This document shows positions 59,110 through 64,000 of a DNA stretch of 64,000 nt, in pieces (position 1 is the stretch's first letter; every line of letters begins with the position of its first letter). The DNA is taken from positions 76,236 to 140,235 of the forward strand of contig JAKAVT010000001.1 of NCBI GenBank assembly GCA_021817165.1, given 5' to 3'. Under the pieces are notes generated by a model. It had not been told where the DNA came from. It did not search any database and saw nothing but the letters and a program-made list of their open reading frames with translations. The position numbers and the translations under genes are program-made. Origin of the DNA: Nanobdellota archaeon. Its GTDB lineage: Archaea; Nanobdellota; Nanobdellia; Parvarchaeales; Parvarchaeaceae.

Positions 59110-59859
59110 TTAGCCCTTTATCCCCAGACTTTCCTTTTCTTTGCCGAAAAACCTGTAGTAATTAAGCGATTTCAATGCCTCGAAAGTCGCGTAACCGATG
59201 TTTATTCTCGTGTTTGTCTGGCCTTTTACCCTTGACCATACGTCTTTTATTCCTGCAAGTCTCATTATCGTTTTTATGTCGTCCATGACGCAGAAACTTA
59301 TGCCTTTCGGTGCAGGAAGGAGCGTGACAACGACAGAACCGCACTTTCCGGAAACTTTAAAAGGGATTGAATGGCTACCATGGCACGCACATTCCCAGCT
59401 GCCGCACCCTCTAAGTATGCTGATTATGTTTAATTTTGCGCTTTTCAATGCTTTTTCCTTGGCGATTACTGACTCTAACCCTCTTCCTTTGCCAATGCCT
59501 ATGTGTCCATTGCCGTCGCCGACGACCGCCATTGCAGAAAAATGCTGTCTCTTTGCCTTTGCAGTCACCTTCTGGGTGTTTCTGATTATCCTTCTCTTAC
59601 CTCCGCCTAGCTTGCCCTTTGACTGACCGACGTAAAGGAAATCTGATTGAAGGTTAGGTATAAGAAAATCTACTATCTGCGGCTCCAGTATTTTAAGATG
59701 CTTTCTAAGGATTTCATCTATGTCCTTTATCTCACCGCTCTGTACGGCTTTCCCAAGCTCTGTCTTAAACTCGTAAGTCCTTTCACGGTATGACTCAGGA
59801 TTCGCAGTCTCCGCACTGCTGTCTACTACTGCTTCTTTTACGGGTTCTTCATTTTCCAT
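59110..59859 (-). CDS. rps5: Ribosomal protein uS5
   Basis: VVGDGNGHIGIG, RGCGSWEC, VTLLPAPKG, AGIKDVW. Confidence 0.95.
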   Translation of the reverse strand: MENEEPVKEAVVDSSAETANPESYRERTYEFKTELGKAVQSGEIKDIDEILRKHLKILEPQIVDFLIPNLQSDFLYVGQSKGKLGGGKRRIIRNTQKVTAKAKRQHFSAMAVVGDGNGHIGIGKGRGLESVIAKEKALKSAKLNIISILRGCGSWECACHGSHSIPFKVSGKCGSVVVTLLPAPKGISFCVMDDIKTIMRLAGIKDVWSRVKGQTNTRINIGYATFEALKSLNYYRFFGKEKESLGIKG

Positions 59860-60358
59860 TCTTTATATTCTCCAGTGTCTTATTAAAATCTTCCTTTATG
59901 TTTTTTATTTTATCTCCTACGGCAGAAAACTGATTTCCATTTCTGTTTTGGTAGTAATTTGCGATGTGCTCCCCGTACAGCCTTTTTTCGTCTATTTTTA
60001 TATCCTCGGAATGGACATCAACGCCAAAATCGTGCAGGCCTTTCATTACGTAGTATATGAAGCTGTTTTCCTTTAAAGTCCTGTTTCCCTTGTCAAGTAT
60101 TACCTCTTTCACGTTCGCTTTCTTTCCCAACAAATAACCTAAAAGATACGAAGCTGGTGAGTTTTTGCTGCTGAAGTTCCATCCGAATTTTCTCAGCTCA
60201 TTGCCGCGCACCATTGCTATTGTTTTGTCTCCTTCTTCGCCGTATTCAACGATGTGAACTATGACAGATTTATCAGTCTTTCTTACCACTACCCGAGGTA
60301 TCCCCGATTTCAGCAGTTCAAGCCTTTTTCTGTAATTAGTCCTTTTTCTGTTTTTCAT
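59849..60358 (-). CDS. rpl18: Ribosomal protein uL18
   Basis: KRTNY.KRL.LLKSG.PR.VVR, N.PASYL.G, GEHI..Y. Confidence 0.92.
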   Translation of the reverse strand: MKNRKRTNYRKRLELLKSGIPRVVVRKTDKSVIVHIVEYGEEGDKTIAMVRGNELRKFGWNFSSKNSPASYLLGYLLGKKANVKEVILDKGNRTLKENSFIYYVMKGLHDFGVDVHSEDIKIDEKRLYGEHIANYYQNRNGNQFSAVGDKIKNIKEDFNKTLENIKNGK

Positions 60359-60804
60359 TGTCCTGTCCTCTTCATCCCTTCAATGTAATTCCTCATGTGA
60401 TTGACGCTGTGAAATGAATTTCCTTTTATCTTACTGTAAAGCTGCCTGAACTCCTTCTTGTCTATCTTACCCTGTTTTCTCTGCTTAAAAAGTTCGTTTC
60501 TAAGCGCTCTGACCTTGTCTATCCACTCAAATGCCATCCTTGCAGATTTCTCCCCCCTTCTGCTTCCTATGCCTTTTCTGTGGCCCCTTCTTTTCTTTTC
60601 ATGCAATGCCCTTGCCCTCGATCTGGACTGGCCTTTAAGCTCCTTCTTCTTTATCAATCCTTTTGAAATAAGTCCCTCTATGTCTGCCCTGGTTATAGCT
60701 TCTTTTATGTCCTTAAATTTAGCCGGATCAAGCCAAACCCTGCTTTCTCCAACGTTTAGAACGTTACTGGCTATCCTTCTTTGTGTCTTCAGTTTCCCCT
60801 GCAT
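60355..60804 (-). CDS. rpl19e: Ribosomal protein eL19
   Basis: QRRIAS.VL.VG..RVWLDP, ITR.DI, G.GSRRG, W..KVRALR. Confidence 0.95.
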   Translation of the reverse strand: MQGKLKTQRRIASNVLNVGESRVWLDPAKFKDIKEAITRADIEGLISKGLIKKKELKGQSRSRARALHEKKRRGHRKGIGSRRGEKSARMAFEWIDKVRALRNELFKQRKQGKIDKKEFRQLYSKIKGNSFHSVNHMRNYIEGMKRTGQ

Positions 60805-61114
60805 AATTTATCACCATTATCTTCTTTTCCTTGCATTTCTCATATATTAATTTTCGCTTTAGTGCACCAACGGCTTTGCCCATTATCACTATGTTTCCTT
60901 CATTCAATCTGTCAACGTCTTTTACGTTAAAAACCCTTACAGGTATCTTGCCAGCAATCTTGCCCCTCGTGGAAGCGGGAGACATGAATCCTTTTGAAGG
61001 CATCTTTTTATGTCCTTTCTTGCCTACTTTAGTCTTGTTCTTTTTGCCGGTTGGCTTTCTCCAAGAGTTGCCTACTCTTTTGAGTTTCCCAGCATCGTGT
61101 TTTGTGAATTTCAT
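60764..61114 (-). CDS. rpl32e: Ribosomal protein eL32
   Basis: WRKPTG..NK, P..GF.SP...RG, VG..KR..I; position between L6 and L19e. Confidence 0.88.
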   Translation of the reverse strand: MKFTKHDAGKLKRVGNSWRKPTGKKNKTKVGKKGHKKMPSKGFMSPASTRGKIAGKIPVRVFNVKDVDRLNEGNIVIMGKAVGALKRKLIYEKCKEKKIMVINYAGETEDTKKDSQ

Positions 61115-61116
61115 AA

Positions 61117-61638
61117 TCAAGGTTTCTTAGTGATGAATATTCCGTCTTTAAAGACCCTCCTATCTTTATTTTTGATCTGAATCTTGGATTCTATCATGCC
61201 AGCGAGCTGCCCCACCTTGTATTTGTCTATTCCCGAAAGTATTATTTTATTGCCCTTTACTTCGACCTTCAATCCCTCTGGTACTTGTATCTCCCTGGGT
61301 TTTCTTTCTCCCACAAAATTCTCGACAACTACCTTGTTTCCGTTTAGTTTTAAAGAAGCTGGAAAATGCATGTAGACAAGCTCGAGCTCTGCGGTATACT
61401 TTTCATTTACTCCTTTTATCATGTTTCTTACGTTCGCCGCCAAGGTGCCTGCAATGGATTTCTGGAATTTATTGTCTTTTTCGGATTCTATAAAAAGCAC
61501 ATTGTCTTTCTTTTCAACTTTGAGGAAAGGATACGTTATCTCAGTATGCAGTTCGCCTTCCTTCCCTTTCACAGTTATCTTGTTCCCGCTAAGCTCCACG
61601 TTTGAGCTGGAAAGATCGACCTTAAATTTAGTAGACAT
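61117..61638 (-). CDS. rpl6: Ribosomal protein uL6
   Basis: VKG.EG, NMIKGV, VYMHFP, NFVGE, D.RVF.DGIFI. Confidence 0.95.
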   Translation of the reverse strand: MSTKFKVDLSSSNVELSGNKITVKGKEGELHTEITYPFLKVEKKDNVLFIESEKDNKFQKSIAGTLAANVRNMIKGVNEKYTAELELVYMHFPASLKLNGNKVVVENFVGERKPREIQVPEGLKVEVKGNKIILSGIDKYKVGQLAGMIESKIQIKNKDRRVFKDGIFITKKP

Positions 61639-62014
61639 AAGCTAAAAGACTTCCTCCCACCATAAGTTGTTTTGCCTCTTCATTTGTTATTACCCCTTTG
61701 TTCGTGGATATAAGAATTAAACCGAATCCCAAAGCAGGAAGGTATCTCTTTTCGTATTTTACTACATCCCCCGCCTTTATTGGTATTCTTGGCCTTATCG
61801 CCTTGCATTTATTCAAATGTTCGTTTATGTCTATCTTTACGAAACCCCCTCTTATGTCATTGATTATCTCATAATTGTCAATGTACCCGCCCTTTTTGAT
61901 TATTTCCAAAAGACTGATTAAGAGTTTGCTGTTTGGGCTTACAACGCAGGATTTCTTGCCTACCCCCCTTGCAACGTTTATGGTATTGAATATAGTCGAA
62001 AGAGAATCTACCAT
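61628..62014 (-). CDS. rps8: Ribosomal protein uS8
   Basis: Start MVDSLS (62014); GYI, NKC.AI.PR, YLPA.GFG.ILIST.KG, GG.LLAYVY. Confidence 0.95.
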   Translation of the reverse strand: MVDSLSTIFNTINVARGVGKKSCVVSPNSKLLISLLEIIKKGGYIDNYEIINDIRGGFVKIDINEHLNKCKAIRPRIPIKAGDVVKYEKRYLPALGFGLILISTNKGVITNEEAKQLMVGGSLLAYVY

Positions 62015-62016
62015 GA

Positions 62017-62253
62017 TTATGCCTCCTTTCCGTATTTTTTGAAACCGAGATCCGGAGCGACCTCTCTGAAACACTGCCTGCAGTAGTTAAGACCATGTAT
62101 CTTTATATGGCCTTCCGCCCTGTTGCACCTTATGCATAAGTGTGCCCGTCTGTCATGAGACTGCATTTTATGCTTGTTGAACTTCATAAATCTTGCCCTC
62201 TTTGCTGGATTGGTGGCATGTACCTTCAATATCTTTTCAAACTGGGTTTCCAT
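62017..62253 (-). CDS. rps14: Ribosomal protein uS14 with N-terminal extension
   Basis: CIRC...GHI...[17 protein letters not shown] zinc ribbon. Confidence 0.92.
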   Translation of the reverse strand: METQFEKILKVHATNPAKRARFMKFNKHKMQSHDRRAHLCIRCNRAEGHIKIHGLNYCRQCFREVAPDLGFKKYGKEA

Positions 62254-62259
62254 GATTCT

Positions 62260-62766
62260 TTAAATAACCTTCACATTGTATTTATCCTTTATGAATTGGA
62301 TTGCCTCTTCTTTTTTTATAAGGTGCGATTTACCGACGCTTGATTTATTCCTTTTTCTGGTTATGCCAAAACCCTTTCTTGATAAAGTCACGTTGACCGA
62401 AAGACCGACTATCCCGATGGTATAGTCGTACTTTGCTCCGGGTATGTGGGTATACTCTTTTACTCCGAAAGAGATGTTGCCTCTTCCGTCAAAATTAGAT
62501 TCCCTTACAGTGTTTTCCATAGCCGTAAACATTCTTTTTAAAACCTCTTCTGCAGTCTGTTTTCTTAACGTTGTCTTTACCCCTATTTCAAGGCCGGGTC
62601 TAAGCCCCCATTCAGGTATTCTCTTTTTGGTTTCAGTCTTTACTACCTTTGAACCGGAGATCTGTTCCAGCAGGCTCTTTATTTTTTCCAGTCTTTCTCC
62701 TGGTTCTCCTACGCCTACGTTTAACGTTACTTTTTCAACAAAAATGTCCCTCATTTTATTTTCCAT
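62260..62766 (-). CDS. rpl5: Ribosomal protein uL5
   Basis: Start MENKMRD (62766); KVTLNVGVGE.G, IG.KTTLR, FD.RGNISFG. Confidence 0.95.
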   Translation of the reverse strand: MENKMRDIFVEKVTLNVGVGEPGERLEKIKSLLEQISGSKVVKTETKKRIPEWGLRPGLEIGVKTTLRKQTAEEVLKRMFTAMENTVRESNFDGRGNISFGVKEYTHIPGAKYDYTIGIVGLSVNVTLSRKGFGITRKRNKSSVGKSHLIKKEEAIQFIKDKYNVKVI

Positions 62767-62767
62767 A

Positions 62768-63430
62768 TCACACAGCCATGCAGGATTTAACGGATGAAAC
62801 GAACTCTCCATCTTTTCCTGAAACCAAAACCGAATAGCCGTTAATTTCCTTTATCTTTCCCGTCTTTCCTGCGTTTTTACCGTTGAATACTATGACTTCC
62901 TTTCCCTGCTCGAATGGTATCTTATCCTTTATTTTGCCACTTGTGAAATCAAGGATTACGGAGTCATTTATCTGCACGTCGTCCTTGTCATACGCCAGAT
63001 TCCTGGCATCGCTCGTAAAAAGTATGTCTTTTGAGCCTTTGCCCTTGTGTTTCGACATTATTTTTACCTTTTTGCTGTCCGCTTTGCCGTCCTGTTTTAA
63101 TGCTATTATCTTTCCTTTATCACTCAACCACACTATGAAATAGTTCTCTTTCACATTTATTACGTCGGAAAAACCAACTACATATTTCTCTTCGTTTATC
63201 TTTTTTCCGTCTACCGAAACCAGGCCTGTCTTTATGAGATATCTAGCTTCTCTTGCATTGCCTGCTACATTCATCACGTCCCTTAAAAAGCCGAGTATCG
63301 ATACTCCTTGCCTGTCGCTGTGTTTTCCCGGAAATGGTTTGGTATAATATTTGTATTTTTTCCTAGGCACGACTAAAGAATTCGTAACCGCGCTTCTCTT
63401 AAAATGTTTTGATTCACCGTGTCTTGCCAT
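62768..63430 (-). CDS. rps4e: Ribosomal protein eS4
   Basis: HFKRS, PGKH, LRD....NAREA, V.VDGK, GKNAG.TG.I. Confidence 0.92.
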   Translation of the reverse strand: MARHGESKHFKRSAVTNSLVVPRKKYKYYTKPFPGKHSDRQGVSILGFLRDVMNVAGNAREARYLIKTGLVSVDGKKINEEKYVVGFSDVINVKENYFIVWLSDKGKIIALKQDGKADSKKVKIMSKHKGKGSKDILFTSDARNLAYDKDDVQINDSVILDFTSGKIKDKIPFEQGKEVIVFNGKNAGKTGKIKEINGYSVLVSGKDGEFVSSVKSCMAV

Positions 63431-63806
63431 ATGATTCTATTTTTTCCAACCTCCTTGCATCGGACAGATTAAGATCCGTTATAATCAAAGCCGATGGCCT
63501 AATCTTAAAAGGAACTTTGTTCCCCTTTTTTGTTACGTTCTTAGCAGAATCTACGCCTACTTTGAGTTGTTTTGTATAAACCTTGTCTATCTTTCCTTCT
63601 TTTCCCTTAAATTTTCCCCTTGCTATTATTACGCTGTCTCCTTTCCTCAACACTACGTTTCTTGTCTTATATTTGGCCCTTAGTTCCTTTGATAAATGGC
63701 CTGAAAGCATCCTACGTTTTACATGAAGAGGGGCGTTCATCCTGTATTTCCGCTGCTTTTTCGGAGAGGTGCTCGAAACCCAATTCATGCTAAAATTATT
63801 TTTCAT
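63414..63806 (-). CDS. rpl24: Ribosomal protein uL24
   Basis: S.SP.KQRK...NAPLH, LS.ELR.KY, GDSV.I.RG.FKG.EGK. Confidence 0.95.
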   Translation of the reverse strand: MKNNFSMNWVSSTSPKKQRKYRMNAPLHVKRRMLSGHLSKELRAKYKTRNVVLRKGDSVIIARGKFKGKEGKIDKVYTKQLKVGVDSAKNVTKKGNKVPFKIRPSALIITDLNLSDARRLEKIESYGKTR

Positions 63807-64000
63807 ACAATCTTCGACGCTATTTTTGTTATGTTCGGGAAGCGTATGGATATCTCCCTTGCTATCGGTCCTCTTATAATAGTACCCTGCGGCTCGTATT
63901 TTTCTATATCCTTTACTATCGCGCAGGCATTGTCCTCAAATGAAACCCTTGTGCCGTCGTGTCTTCTGTATTCCTTTCTTTGCCTTACTACGACTGCGGG
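63803..64000 (-). CDS. rpl14: Ribosomal protein uL14, C-terminal part (truncated by the window edge)
   Basis: Manual translation [29 protein letters not shown]...[27 protein letters not shown]; ATGA overlap with rpl24. Confidence 0.93.
   Translation of the reverse strand, partial: PAVVVRQRKEYRRHDGTRVSFEDNACAIVKDIEKYEPQGTIIRGPIAREISIRFPNITKIASKIV

Overview
Compact, AT-rich archaeal chromosome segment. The gene set and features suggest a DPANN archaeon from an acidic habitat, most like Ca. Parvarchaeum/ARMAN-4/5; this is an inference from the archaeal spc ribosomal cluster, single-unit EndA, N-terminally extended uS14, Zn-ferredoxin and very tight gene packing. Housekeeping content: tyrS (partial), mre11-rad50, tandem-domain thyX, dcd, rtcB-archease-thiI, lonB, RIO kinase, ADP-forming acetate-CoA ligase, cca, lhr, guaB-like, mat, aRF1, endA, aIF2-alpha, nop10, nre, DUF106, secY and the L15-to-L14 ribosomal block. 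There are seven tRNA genes; three have 37/38 introns and all three are long-variable-arm tRNAs. The main accessory element is a ~17 kb, tightly coupled six-gene operon of surface proteins (23190-40060). It contains three class III (prepilin) signal-peptide proteins, two proteins with internal membrane-inserting-type helices, and a 3025-aa protein ending in six Cys-containing repeats, and is a candidate host-attachment or membrane-contact apparatus. Elements missing from the ORF track and found by reading the DNA: a box C/D sRNA (45891-45953) whose D guide matches a 23S peptidyl-transferase-centre motif as recalled from other archaea, an IS605-type tnpB relic frameshift-fused to a metallo-beta-lactamase gene, eL41/eS32, Nop10 and an unknown 38-aa basic ORF. 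No CRISPR array, rRNA gene or intact mobile element was seen. Family assignments come from motif recognition, not database searches.
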